Positions 27,517 to 38,043 of a DNA stretch of 64,000 bases are shown in pieces (the stretch's first letter is position 1; each line of letters begins with the position of its first letter). The position numbers and the translations under genes are program-made. Source of the stretch: a virus (lineage: Duplodnaviria; Caudoviricetes); IMG/VR virus record IMGVR_UViG_3300037067_016568, positions 120,769-184,768 of that record; one strand, written 5' to 3'. Under the pieces are notes generated by a model. That model had not been told where the DNA came from and searched no databases. It saw nothing but the letters and a program-made list of their open reading frames with translations.

Positions 27517-28419
27517 TTACTTCGGATAACGCTCATCCGACTCACGCAGTAAAGCGGACGGATTTATAAGTCCAAACCCGCTGAGCTTGTCTCTGCCGGG
27601 CTTTTCTATATCAATTGCTGATTCATTCAGCAAGTCAAGCATTTCATCTCTATGCAGCGTAGCTCTATTGTCTTGTTTCCTGTCAGCAACAATAAGAGCA
27701 ATAACACCAGCAACAAACGGGCATGCCGCACTTGTGCCACTCAGCATTGCTATTCTGTTGGGCGGCCAACAAGAAACTACCTCATCACCAGGTGCTACAA
27801 TATCGACACGATCGCCTCTCGATGAGTAGCTAGGCACACGCTTGCGGCGATCAATAGCACCAACCCCAATTGTTTCTGTATAGCGTGCTGGATAATTCAC
27901 AGAATCAAGAGCAGGACCATTGTTTCCGGCCGCACAAACAATAATCGACCGTTGCGATACGCTAATAACAGCATTATGTAATTCCTCAGTTGGAGTTGGA
28001 GACCCAACACTCATAGAAATCACATCAGCATCTTGTTCAGCGGCCCAATACAAAGCGTCTATGACTGCTTGATCATAACATGCACCATTATCTGATACGA
28101 CCTTAGCAACTAATAACTGACACTCAGGCGCAACGCCGACTATGCACGGGCCATTTTGTCGCGCTCCTATTATCCCAGCACAGAATGTACCATGTCCTAG
28201 TATGTCATCAGCACCTATCTTACTCTTTGTGAAATCAGTAGTATTCAGTATGGCGTCAGCAAGGTCATGATGCCTGAGTGCTATACCAGTATCAATAATT
28301 GCTACCTTGATACTGCATCCCTTAGTGATCTTCCAAAGACTGGGGATGCCCTCACATATTAATCCCCAATTCATGGTCTGCGAAGAGACCTGCCGCATTT
28401 TAAATGGGAGCAACTGCAT
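27517..28419 (-). CDS. subtilisin-like S8 serine protease
   Basis: VAIIDTG (Asp), GHGTFCAGII (His), AAGN (oxyanion), SGTSAACP (Ser). Confidence 0.92.
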   Translation of the reverse strand: MQLLPFKMRQVSSQTMNWGLICEGIPSLWKITKGCSIKVAIIDTGIALRHHDLADAILNTTDFTKSKIGADDILGHGTFCAGIIGARQNGPCIVGVAPECQLLVAKVVSDNGACYDQAVIDALYWAAEQDADVISMSVGSPTPTEELHNAVISVSQRSIIVCAAGNNGPALDSVNYPARYTETIGVGAIDRRKRVPSYSSRGDRVDIVAPGDEVVSCWPPNRIAMLSGTSAACPFVAGVIALIVADRKQDNRATLHRDEMLDLLNESAIDIEKPGRDKLSGFGLINPSALLRESDERYPK

Positions 28420-28524
28420 TTTAATCTCCTATAGGAGATTTGCAATGACTCTCATTGCACGACAAATGTTATTAAATATCCTGCCTGATGGTGAAGAGCA
28501 TTCGGTCAGATTGTACACATTTAG

Positions 28525-30465
28525 TTATATAATTAATTTATGTTTCTGACGATTAACAGGTGGCATATTCTCAATACTTGTAGGTAGAGCACCTAATTGC
28601 TCTGCAAATCTGATAATTTCACCAGGGATACTAACATCGAGTGGCACTTCGACGACACCACCCATCGGTGCCAATACAGTTTGATCAAGCTTAATATGAC
28701 CCTCTTGACCTTCTACTATGCCGAGATCTCCTTGCATTGACTCCTGGAATGGTATTAAGCCACCGCTTATTTGCGTTGCGGCATCATTGACGCCGATACA
28801 AGCTAAACCGAGGCTTATTACTAAGTCATCGTGATTTCCAGGGCCTTCCTCAGCTTCAGTTTTATCAGTATCGCGGCCAGCTCGATCTTTCTTACGAACG
28901 TAAATCTGTAACTGTTTCAATAAGCGGCGGCTATAAACTTTGTAGCCGCCCTCAGGTTGCAAATAATCTATCAACGCTTTATTAAGTGTGGGTTTAGATG
29001 CTTGACCAGTATAAAAACCATACTCAGCCACTTTAATCGAATTACGTTTTTGCCCCCTAGTTGGCCTGTCGTTAATATCTGTTTTGCGCCATAAGTTTGG
29101 ATACATCAAATCATATCGCATATCGTCAATAAAGGCATCGCCACCATTATTACGCTCAATAACCATTAGAGCATTGTTATACCAGCGCCCAATATAATCA
29201 GCTAGAAGCTTGAAATGTTTTGGCAGAGTTCGAATCATCATCTCTGCCACTTGCTCTTGAGCATCGACATCTAGTACTTCAAGCCCAAAATAATCACGCC
29301 CTTTACCTGTCGCAATATCAATTCCGATTGCATATCGATGCGGTGGTATTCCAGGTTTTACAATTCGTTTACCTTCATAAACTGGGCGCATGCCATAGTT
29401 TGGCTTCTTCCAAATCCATAAACCTTCATCTTTATCTAATTCTCTTCTATTGCCACCATTAAAATTGATTTTGACATGCTCATTTTTAACAGGGTGAACA
29501 TAGGTCTGCAGTCCTTTAACACGTTTAAAATCATCAGATATAATTGTAGCCAGATAGGCCAAAACCTTAGCATCGATAATCGTACTGCCAGATCCAACAA
29601 ATTCAGCTAAAATTTCTTGCTTAAACTTCCATGCTTCTCCGCGTTCTTGTAATTCGCGATATTGCTCTTCTAGCCATGGCGACCATTTAGGACCATATTT
29701 TTCAATTTCTTCCGGTGTTACACAATCACGAATACCAGCAATTGGTGCGATGACTTTAATTTCACCAGTCATGTCATCGCGATATCGTATCTCCCAATCC
29801 ATGTCCCACCAATCAATATTGATGGGATTAAAGTTATTCAATCCGGCGACAGCATCAGTCCATGTGCTCCAGTACCAGCCGCCAACACCACATGTAGTAG
29901 AAACAACTATTACAGAACCACCGTGAATCAATGTCGGCTGGCCTGCTGCCCACATCGTTCCCATATCTCTAATAAATGCAGCTTCATCAATAATATTCAA
30001 TGATGAAGCATTAGATCGCAAGACATCAGGATGAGATGTTAGGGATTTGATTCGGGAGCCGTTTGGAAACCGAATCTCATGTTCATTTTCTTTTGTCGGT
30101 TTCCATGCATCCTGCATCCATTGCGGCAAGTGCCGAAATAGAAATATGATGTTCTCACTCAAAAAATTAATAGCATCACCGTCAGTACGTGAGACTATTA
30201 ATATAGTCTTATTTGAGAAAAACATCGCAAACCAAAGTGCATACGCTCCGGCGATTTTGCTGGCACCCGTTTGCCGACACTTCTTGAATATGTTGTAGCG
30301 ATATTTCCGAAAAGCTCTTAGTGCTCTTCTTTGGTAGCCAAAAGGATTAAATGGAAGCATGCCTGCTGATGGATGCTTCGTTTTTCCAAAATTCTTGAGA
30401 AAAAATATGGTAGAGTCTTTACAACGACGTATAACCTGAGCTTGAGCTGAAGTAAATGCCATCAC
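28525..30465 (-). CDS. terL: terminase large subunit (gp17-like)
   Basis: Walker A KCRQTGAS, Walker B IIDEAAF, motif III STT; nuclease motifs GIDIATG, IERNNGG, HDDLV. Confidence 0.93.
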   Translation of the reverse strand: MMAFTSAQAQVIRRCKDSTIFFLKNFGKTKHPSAGMLPFNPFGYQRRALRAFRKYRYNIFKKCRQTGASKIAGAYALWFAMFFSNKTILIVSRTDGDAINFLSENIIFLFRHLPQWMQDAWKPTKENEHEIRFPNGSRIKSLTSHPDVLRSNASSLNIIDEAAFIRDMGTMWAAGQPTLIHGGSVIVVSTTCGVGGWYWSTWTDAVAGLNNFNPINIDWWDMDWEIRYRDDMTGEIKVIAPIAGIRDCVTPEEIEKYGPKWSPWLEEQYRELQERGEAWKFKQEILAEFVGSGSTIIDAKVLAYLATIISDDFKRVKGLQTYVHPVKNEHVKINFNGGNRRELDKDEGLWIWKKPNYGMRPVYEGKRIVKPGIPPHRYAIGIDIATGKGRDYFGLEVLDVDAQEQVAEMMIRTLPKHFKLLADYIGRWYNNALMVIERNNGGDAFIDDMRYDLMYPNLWRKTDINDRPTRGQKRNSIKVAEYGFYTGQASKPTLNKALIDYLQPEGGYKVYSRRLLKQLQIYVRKKDRAGRDTDKTEAEEGPGNHDDLVISLGLACIGVNDAATQISGGLIPFQESMQGDLGIVEGQEGHIKLDQTVLAPMGGVVEVPLDVSIPGEIIRFAEQLGALPTSIENMPPVNRQKHKLII

Positions 30466-31049
30466 TCATCCTCTTCAGGCGGCTGCGCTAATATATTCTG
30501 CAGCTCAGGATCAACACCAGTTATATTGACGTTAGTTTGATTTGCATTGACAACCGTTTTAGTAGCTGACAATAACTTCGATCTTGAATCAAGCAATTTT
30601 ACAGCATGTCCATTCGTATCCGCTAAAACCCCCAATGCCTTAACAAGAGACATCGTATCTGTCTCAGCGTCGGCATTGTTCCTAACACGTTGTAATAAGA
30701 GATCTATAACAGTATCAATTCTGCCACGGTCTCTTTTTAAGTTAGTCTGTACCTCATCATAATCATGATCAAACTTTCCTATCACCTCTTGTAAGTTAGC
30801 AATGCTTGCAACAGACTGTTCTATAGGAAGGTTTGGAGGTTCTACCTCTTCTATATCCTCAGCAGGATCGCTCATCTCTGGACCCAGCATAGGAGCTGTA
30901 TCTGAGACAATATTTAAAGGCCCTGCTGTCTCTACCTCTGAAGGCTCTATGTCATCTAATTCAGATTCATTCTCTTCCTCAGGTTCATCTTCTTGTAAAT
31001 CAGATAACAGAGCCTCAAGTTCTTCATCCATGCTAACATCTTCAGACAT
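30462..31049 (-). CDS. putative terminase small subunit
   Basis: Immediately upstream of and overlapping terL; acidic N-terminus and helical C-terminus; positional inference. Confidence 0.45.
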   Translation of the reverse strand: MSEDVSMDEELEALLSDLQEDEPEEENESELDDIEPSEVETAGPLNIVSDTAPMLGPEMSDPAEDIEEVEPPNLPIEQSVASIANLQEVIGKFDHDYDEVQTNLKRDRGRIDTVIDLLLQRVRNNADAETDTMSLVKALGVLADTNGHAVKLLDSRSKLLSATKTVVNANQTNVNITGVDPELQNILAQPPEEDE

Positions 31050-32016
31050 TGGATACTCCACATATCGCATTATTAAGAGACAGCAGCCATTCACGCTCAA
31101 ATTGGCTCGGCTTCTGCGATAATCTCGATATTAGCATAGATAATGAAGCAAGATCATTCAATCCTTTTATATCGCACTCCGATATGGGCTTTCCGTTGTT
31201 AACGGTTAAAAATTCTATCGCTTCTTGAAACTTCTCTGGGTGTCTTTTATTACGCTTAATTTGTCGACGTAAAGCATACTTACCGCGCAATGTAGTAGTC
31301 GGGTCATTATGGTCTGCTGGCTTATGGTCTGTTTTATCGTCAATTTGACGTTCCAAGCTAGTGCTACGTGGATCGACCTTACTATGCCTCATCTGCCGTT
31401 GAACACGCTTCGCTATGCTGGTTGGACTTGTCTCAGTTATAAATCGATTGAGATCTTCAGCAGTCACAGTTTTCTCATCGATTGAAGTGTAGATTCCTTG
31501 AATTGATTCTGCAAGACGGTGCCATTTTAGCTTGTCGTTAGAATCAAGACCAGTCCATTCTCTTTTCAATCGATTAAGCTCTTTTTGCGACAACGCACCT
31601 GTCTCACCAGAATCGCAGCCCTCTTCATTATTGCATACTACATATTCCCAGAACGCTTCTTTGTCACCTTTCGCTATACCAGTATCCCAGTCTTGCTTAT
31701 CAACAGACTCTTCTACTGTGTCTGACTCCATCTCCTCAGTTGCCTCTTTTTCTCCTTCTTCATAATGCTTAGCTTCTTCAGGGTCGAGTTCCTTCAACAG
31801 TTTGAGGAATTCTCCGGCATGAACCTTCTCCTCGTCGGTCACACTATTCAAAACACTAATAGCAGCAACTTCATCAGTGGCATCGGCAATTTGTTTGTAT
31901 ATCTGGACTGCCTCATATTCAGCAGCAATTGCAAATCGAATTGCCCTAACAAGCTCATCTTTGGTAAGCTTTCTACCATTCATCGGTTCAGTAAATGGAG
32001 ATGAAAATTCTGGCAT
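31042..32016 (-). CDS. ferritin/rubrerythrin-like N-terminal domain fused to a head-protein-like C-terminal region
   Basis: LTKDELVRAIRFAIAAEYEAVQIY...DEEKVHAGEFLKLL (di-iron ligands E...ExxH); the C-terminus has VEES, LAES, ITET and FQEA sites. Confidence 0.8.
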   Translation of the reverse strand: MPEFSSPFTEPMNGRKLTKDELVRAIRFAIAAEYEAVQIYKQIADATDEVAAISVLNSVTDEEKVHAGEFLKLLKELDPEEAKHYEEGEKEATEEMESDTVEESVDKQDWDTGIAKGDKEAFWEYVVCNNEEGCDSGETGALSQKELNRLKREWTGLDSNDKLKWHRLAESIQGIYTSIDEKTVTAEDLNRFITETSPTSIAKRVQRQMRHSKVDPRSTSLERQIDDKTDHKPADHNDPTTTLRGKYALRRQIKRNKRHPEKFQEAIEFLTVNNGKPISECDIKGLNDLASLSMLISRLSQKPSQFEREWLLSLNNAICGVSNV

Positions 32017-33050
32017 TATTCGTCATCCTGGCAAAGGAATTGTTTCTTTAATTGCCTATCATGCTCATTTTCATGACTTAGTGGCGAGTCGGTGAATTCG
32101 TGACTACGAAGTCTTAACATTCTTATAAAACTATTGACTTGCACCCTCGATAGGCCCGAATATTCAACCAATTTACCAATCAGCCCGTCATATGGCTTGT
32201 CGTCTTTTTTGATTACATGCGCAAGTGCTTCTACACACTTCATATAATCCCTATTATGTTTGCATATCTGAGACGCTTCAGCAAAGAACCTCTTCAGACG
32301 ATCTTCATCTACTCTGCTGGAACCGCATAAGTAATCTTTATAAGCTGAAGCATTCTTACGGTCACGACCCTCTTTTTTAACAAAAGCCAATATGACCGTC
32401 CTCGATACTTGGCTCCACATATTAAAAACCTTAGAATTCCCTCTGAATAAGATCGTTGTTGAACCACCGAAAGTTCCCTGCTTTGGTTCTACTTCTGGAA
32501 GCGCACACAACGCAGTATCACAATAAGGGCACCTAGGTGGACGGCCACCTTTTCGATAAATAACGAATTTCCTGCTACCTAAGGGACAATATTTAGGATC
32601 AAATAATTGTTCAAATGTGATGATACCATACTCTGATTCAGCAGGAACATACAAGGACGAACTAACTGGTCGATCAGGATTGTAACAATTTCTACAATGC
32701 GGTTTTGCTCTGAACTTGTATAATGTTCGCTCAACTTGTACCCAAGCCGTCTGAACCAAATCTCCAAATGCCGATTCTTCTTGCCCTGGATAAATCATAT
32801 GCAAATTCTGCTTACGGATAATTTGCTTTATCAATTCCGGGGCATGAGACATTATAGAGTCTCTAATCGCTACATCAGTACAATTGGTCCAGATGTAGCG
32901 ACGTAGTTTGTCTTCTACTATCTCATTAATAAAATAATGCTTTTTAGATAGTAGGCCCGGATCGTCAGGGGAAACTTCTTCTGTATTTTCTAAATGTATC
33001 TCTGACAAATCGTCCATTTCAGAGATATCAACATCGTCTTCAATTAACAT
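32016..33050 (-). CDS. phage sigma-factor-like protein (late sigma candidate) with a Cys-rich insertion
   Basis: Region 2-like DLVQTAWVQVERTLYKF ... KVFNMWSQVSRTVILAFVKKE, split by a CRNC...CPYC insertion; C-terminal HTH-like LVEYSGLSRVQVNSFI. Confidence 0.6.
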   Translation of the reverse strand: MLIEDDVDISEMDDLSEIHLENTEEVSPDDPGLLSKKHYFINEIVEDKLRRYIWTNCTDVAIRDSIMSHAPELIKQIIRKQNLHMIYPGQEESAFGDLVQTAWVQVERTLYKFRAKPHCRNCYNPDRPVSSSLYVPAESEYGIITFEQLFDPKYCPLGSRKFVIYRKGGRPPRCPYCDTALCALPEVEPKQGTFGGSTTILFRGNSKVFNMWSQVSRTVILAFVKKEGRDRKNASAYKDYLCGSSRVDEDRLKRFFAEASQICKHNRDYMKCVEALAHVIKKDDKPYDGLIGKLVEYSGLSRVQVNSFIRMLRLRSHEFTDSPLSHENEHDRQLKKQFLCQDDE

Positions 33051-33107
33051 AATAATCCTCCCTAAAACATTATTTACTCAAAGACAAATTACAGCTTTGA
33101 GTAAATA

Positions 33108-34757
33108 ATGTCGGTATTTTACTTTAAAATGATTGCCAATATACTCACCAATAGACTCATACAGTTATCTAATATAACTGCTTGGGAAGAAGAAATAGTT
33201 GATCAGAGATTTAGCGCAGTACGGCCACGCGCCAATTATATAGATTTATCTGGCGGAGCTATGTGGGATGGCGTCTACCGAAAGTATAATCGAAGCAATC
33301 AAACCATTGCAAGGCCGCTCTTGGGTGAGCTTCGAGCTCTATGCAAGGAAAAAGATCTAGCGCTTTCTATCGCTGATAAAAGACCAAAACCGATATATAA
33401 GCCAATCGACATATCACTTATTACAGAAGATTTCCTCCCTGGGATTAAATTAAAACAATTCCAAATAGACGCTATTAAGACAATCTATAAAGCAGAGGTA
33501 GGAGTAATCAATGTTACGATGGGTGGTGGTAAAGGAGAATTAATAGCTGGAATTTGTAAGGCAATGCCATGCCCAACAGCCATTATTGCTGAACAGATAC
33601 AAGTAATCGAGCAATTAAAGCAACGATTAAAACTACGAGAAGTATGCGAAGAGCCAGGGCTTTTCTATGCTGGCAAAATGCCTTCCGGCCAGCTGATAAT
33701 TATCGGGTCAATCCAATCATTGGTAAAACCCAAGCAAAAACCTGAAAAACCATCACTTAAGAACTTCTCAGACAGCAAATCTGGAACTGCGCAAAAGAAA
33801 TTTGAGAAAGCGTTCAAAAGATATGAGGCGAAACTAAAAGCATTCCGTAGCAGATCAAAGAAAGCAGATGCTCTTCATAAACTACTCGGTAAATGTGAAA
33901 TGCTTCTCGTGGATGAGTGTGATTTGGCTACATCGACAACCTATAAGAATCTTTTCAGATATTGGTTCAATGGCCGTAGAAGATATGGTATGACTGGAAC
34001 ACCATATGACCAAGATAAACCAGTCGAAAATCTCGTCTTACAAGAGCATCTTGGCTCTGTCATCTATTCACAAAATAGAGAATCTGTTGAGAAGACTGGT
34101 CTGATAGTACCAATAACATATTATGCGCTTGCTTATGGTGAGGACGGCAATAAGGATGACGCCTCTGCTTTTGATATAGCAGTTAATGAAATGATGGTGT
34201 ATAGTGAAAAATTTCATCACTTCATTGCTGCTATTTGCAAAAGATTCACAGACGAAGGTACGCTTATATTGGTCGAGCGCGACGACCTTGGGTATGCACT
34301 TCAGAAAATCATACCAGACTCAGAGTTTATCCATGGTCAAACACCACGTAAAAAGAGGCCGAAAATATTACAAGCATTTGAAGAGCGTAAGCTGAAAGTT
34401 TTAATCGGCGGCAAAAACGTACGACGCGGCCTTGATTTGAAAGGGGGCTGCGAGAACTTGATACTAGCTACCGGTGGTAAGTTAGCATCAGAATTTAAAC
34501 AGCGAGTGGCTAGAGCGGCGAGAGTTAATCAAAAAGGTAGTGCTAGAATATTTGATATTTACTTCTTATGCAATAAATATCTCTATGCACATTCAAGAAA
34601 GCGATTTAAAGCGGCTGTTGCTACTGGATATACTTCTAAGATAGTCTTCAACGACTGTAGTGTTGAAGGCGAGAAATTTATCAAATCTCGCTTTCACCGG
34701 CCTAGAATAAAGCCAAAGAAAACAAAAGATTTACCGGGTCAAAAGAAATTATTCTAA
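33108..34757 (+). CDS. uvsW: SF2 DNA helicase, UvsW-like
   Basis: KLKQFQIDAI, TMGGGKG, LVDECD, GMTGTP, RGLD, QRVARAAR. Confidence 0.85.
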   Translation: MSVFYFKMIANILTNRLIQLSNITAWEEEIVDQRFSAVRPRANYIDLSGGAMWDGVYRKYNRSNQTIARPLLGELRALCKEKDLALSIADKRPKPIYKPIDISLITEDFLPGIKLKQFQIDAIKTIYKAEVGVINVTMGGGKGELIAGICKAMPCPTAIIAEQIQVIEQLKQRLKLREVCEEPGLFYAGKMPSGQLIIIGSIQSLVKPKQKPEKPSLKNFSDSKSGTAQKKFEKAFKRYEAKLKAFRSRSKKADALHKLLGKCEMLLVDECDLATSTTYKNLFRYWFNGRRRYGMTGTPYDQDKPVENLVLQEHLGSVIYSQNRESVEKTGLIVPITYYALAYGEDGNKDDASAFDIAVNEMMVYSEKFHHFIAAICKRFTDEGTLILVERDDLGYALQKIIPDSEFIHGQTPRKKRPKILQAFEERKLKVLIGGKNVRRGLDLKGGCENLILATGGKLASEFKQRVARAARVNQKGSARIFDIYFLCNKYLYAHSRKRFKAAVATGYTSKIVFNDCSVEGEKFIKSRFHRPRIKPKKTKDLPGQKKLF

Positions 34758-34912
34758 CCAGCTATCAACAATTTGTTCGTAGCTATGCAATAACTCATCA
34801 TCATCAGTCGCTACAATTTTAGCAATTAGACTGTTATGCCCCATATCATTGTGATGGTATTCATCTTTATACCACTCAATGATACTAATCAATGATTCTT
34901 TATCTTCAGAAG

Positions 34913-37054
34913 TCATTGAAGCTGGCAAATGTCACCATCACAGAATTTGGTACCAATTGCATCTTCTGCCTTCATTTTGGCTACGTCCTCTGCAAAGTAC
35001 TTATCAAAATCGATTGGGCTCACTTTTGCATTGTAGGCAGCAACTTCTTCAGGCGTAGCTGGTTGATATGGTTGCTGTGGATAACCATTGTTTTCTATCG
35101 GCAGAAAACTAACACCTTTTAATTCGTCGTCGAATGATTCAAGAACCCACGGAATATCCTTGGCTTCCTCTGGCTTAAATTGTATCGTGCAAGAAACCTG
35201 GTTATCTGCCCAATATCGTTGATAATCAACAGCATTTTTCATTTGCTGCCAAATAGAAACTTCAGATACGGTCGGGATTTCAGGCTCCGACACTCCAAAT
35301 CTTACAACACTGGTTTTATCATCTGTAACAGCTTTCTCAACATGATACCCAGCATCAGTTAATGCTTTAATCAATATGCTGTCACTCGATACGCGTACAT
35401 TGCGCCAGTATGATCTGGTCGGTGCGATAGTAAAGTGAATTCCAGCCGTTGCACCAGCTAATAACGACACAGACCCACTTGGTTTGACGCTAGTACACTT
35501 AAGCGATTTACTTACACATAGCCATTCTGAATAAATATTATCCCAATAACGAACAACTTCATATCCTTTTTGGCAGAATTCGGATAGTACCTTTCTGCGA
35601 CCGAACTTCGCAAATGCTTGGATGATGCCACTTTGAGACAATCCGATTCTTCTATTTCTAAGAAGAACAGAATTCGTTTTCTTGCAATGTGTTGGCAGCA
35701 GCGTCACCGTCTTAGCATATAAATAAGCAAACTTCAATGTTCTGTGATAATCTTCAGCATCATCATGATGGGCTGGAAATGTTTCACATAGACAACATAG
35801 CTCTCCGTGCTCTAAGCTTTGCTCTGCACAGGGGTTAGTCCCAATTGCTCTTTTATCGATACCTTCCTGTCTCCCGTCGATCGTACGCCCATAATTCTGA
35901 ACGTTATCAAGCCAGATACATCCTGGTTCGCCATTCTCGGCAATCTGCTCAGCGATGCTTCTATAATCCATCCCAACAGCCGCAAATATTGAGTTATTAG
36001 ATGCCCAACGATGAGATATTAATTGCTCGCTGTAGAGGTTCTTGTCCTTCATCGTCATATAATCCCAGTCGGCAGGATCACCCAATGCAATCTCACTACT
36101 GCGACGAACATTGCCAGCTACAACACATCTGCCAATAAAATTCATAAAATCGACGATATCAACACTTGTCATAAACTGATTTTTACGGCGCAACATATTA
36201 CGGAAATGATGAATCACCATTTTATGCAGATCACGCAACACGTCAGGTCCGCTGGCTTTGCCGCCGAAGCCTTTAATCTCAGCACCAGCGGGACGAATCA
36301 ACGAATAATTGAATTTAATAGATCCTAATTCTGGGCGATTCGTAAATGACTCAATCAATGCACGAAGTGAATCGACCCAACCTTCACGCGAATCTTCAAT
36401 AACCCATTCAGTCTCAGTATCGTGTGGTTTTGCAACTTCGATTTTATTTGCACCACGAGTATCAAATCCTACACCAACACCGAGCATGGACATATCCATC
36501 ACAAAGCAGAACGGCCATGCAGGATCTTCAGCAATATCCTTCGTGCTACAATAACCACAGTTATTGAGGCTTGCCGAGCCAAGCTTCCACATATGTGGAG
36601 TTCCCATGACCCATAAACCACGACCTGGAGGGAGAAATTTGAAATCCCACATCCGCTGAAACATTTCTTGTGCGGATTTTTGTGCTTTTGATCGAGTCCA
36701 AGGCAGTGCCATACCACCAAAAGCGATATTGTCGTCTTCTTTATCCTTTTTCTTATCGTTATTCTTCTTCTCTCTACACCACTGACGTTGAATTTCGTAG
36801 CAGCCTTCAACGACTCGCTGCAATGTGTCAGCAAACGTCTCTTTGGTGCCATCCTCTTTAAGACGAGAATAAGTACGATAAAAAACAAACTCGCCCAATC
36901 CGTTATATCCGAAATTCGGTTTCTTATCAATAAACTGTGCCAAAAATTCCGGATCTAGTTTAAACGGCGAATCGTCCTTCTTCGTCTTTCGGCCATTTTT
37001 CGAAACCGGATTATTATGAGTAGCCTTGGGCTTTAATTCAATCAATGTTGGCAC
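34913..37054 (-). CDS. nrdJ: class II (adenosylcobalamin) ribonucleoside-triphosphate reductase
   Basis: FYRTYSR, FLPPGRGLW, SLNNC, VVAGNVRRSSEIALG, GEPG, TNPCAEQSL, VKPSGSVSLL, DNQVSCT, C-terminal FCDGDIC. Confidence 0.93.
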   Translation of the reverse strand: MPTLIELKPKATHNNPVSKNGRKTKKDDSPFKLDPEFLAQFIDKKPNFGYNGLGEFVFYRTYSRLKEDGTKETFADTLQRVVEGCYEIQRQWCREKKNNDKKKDKEDDNIAFGGMALPWTRSKAQKSAQEMFQRMWDFKFLPPGRGLWVMGTPHMWKLGSASLNNCGYCSTKDIAEDPAWPFCFVMDMSMLGVGVGFDTRGANKIEVAKPHDTETEWVIEDSREGWVDSLRALIESFTNRPELGSIKFNYSLIRPAGAEIKGFGGKASGPDVLRDLHKMVIHHFRNMLRRKNQFMTSVDIVDFMNFIGRCVVAGNVRRSSEIALGDPADWDYMTMKDKNLYSEQLISHRWASNNSIFAAVGMDYRSIAEQIAENGEPGCIWLDNVQNYGRTIDGRQEGIDKRAIGTNPCAEQSLEHGELCCLCETFPAHHDDAEDYHRTLKFAYLYAKTVTLLPTHCKKTNSVLLRNRRIGLSQSGIIQAFAKFGRRKVLSEFCQKGYEVVRYWDNIYSEWLCVSKSLKCTSVKPSGSVSLLAGATAGIHFTIAPTRSYWRNVRVSSDSILIKALTDAGYHVEKAVTDDKTSVVRFGVSEPEIPTVSEVSIWQQMKNAVDYQRYWADNQVSCTIQFKPEEAKDIPWVLESFDDELKGVSFLPIENNGYPQQPYQPATPEEVAAYNAKVSPIDFDKYFAEDVAKMKAEDAIGTKFCDGDICQLQ

Positions 37055-37707
37055 AATGTCCTCCAGTTACTTCCTAATGTTGTTTTGGCTTGTGTTCGAA
37101 AACTGTCATCCTTCGACAGATCAACTAACAAACAATATAATTCTGATCTCGACGGCAACAAACTTCGCTCGCTCGGTGATATTGTTGCAAGTTCTTCTAA
37201 AGCTTCAGTACACGCAATTGACGCTGCTAAATATACTTTAGAAATGTCACCACTCTTATACCATCTCACCACATTGTGCATTTTGCCAAACGATTCACGC
37301 CCCAAAAGAGCGCCAACTGTTGTCTTGTGGCCACATCTTGCCAAAACAAACTTATGTGACGACCGCAAATGTTTAATTCTATCATGCGAAAGCGAAGAAT
37401 GGCTCTTCATACGATTATAGCAAATGTCCATCATATTGTTCTGAAAGAACACAGACAGACCCTTGTGTAGCAATCTTTTCTCTTTAACATATCCCACTGC
37501 AAAATTGATGAATGCCTTGGCCGTAGGCTTATCTAATCCCCATTCGTCTATTTTATGGGTTAATCTCGTTACATATCGCCATTGATAAGTCTTTTGAGGG
37601 TTTGTATTCTTTGGGAATGATAACTTAATGCCGTGTACTGCAAACGCTTCTTGGCACCACTGCCATGTGCGTAATGTAGTTATAGGAGATTCTAGTATTT
37701 GAGTCAT
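37042..37707 (-). CDS. hypothetical protein
   Basis: ORF upstream of nrdJ; start reassigned to MTQILE after AAGGA. Confidence 0.6.
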   Translation of the reverse strand: MTQILESPITTLRTWQWCQEAFAVHGIKLSFPKNTNPQKTYQWRYVTRLTHKIDEWGLDKPTAKAFINFAVGYVKEKRLLHKGLSVFFQNNMMDICYNRMKSHSSLSHDRIKHLRSSHKFVLARCGHKTTVGALLGRESFGKMHNVVRWYKSGDISKVYLAASIACTEALEELATISPSERSLLPSRSELYCLLVDLSKDDSFRTQAKTTLGSNWRTLCQH

Positions 37708-37749
37708 TATGTTTTCCTTTTGACTACACTCCAATACTAGAGAACACTC

Positions 37750-38043
37750 ATGGCAAAATCAGTAAAAAACGACGTCAAGAAACCTCAAGAAGTCGATGGC
37801 GAGGATGCATCACAAAAAGATGCACGAGTAGAGTTTGAACAGCGATTCGATCTCTTTATGACTGGATTCCGCACAGTTTGTGAAGAGGCTAAAGTACCCA
37901 TCGCAATCGCTATTGTTCTCGACCCAGAACATCCATCAACGCCGTTTATTTACAATCACGGCCATATATACGATCAAGCATGCATATTAGCTAAAATGCT
38001 GCGCGATCTTAAACACAAGATCAATGAAGATATATCTGCCTAG
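37750..38043 (+). CDS. hypothetical protein
   Basis: 97-aa ORF filling the gap, converging with the next ORF. Confidence 0.55.
   Translation: MAKSVKNDVKKPQEVDGEDASQKDARVEFEQRFDLFMTGFRTVCEEAKVPIAIAIVLDPEHPSTPFIYNHGHIYDQACILAKMLRDLKHKINEDISA

Noticed and set aside
28525-37054. Inteins or introns in terL or nrdJ
   Set aside because: Both have near-normal lengths with contiguous motifs and no C/S...HN intein termini.
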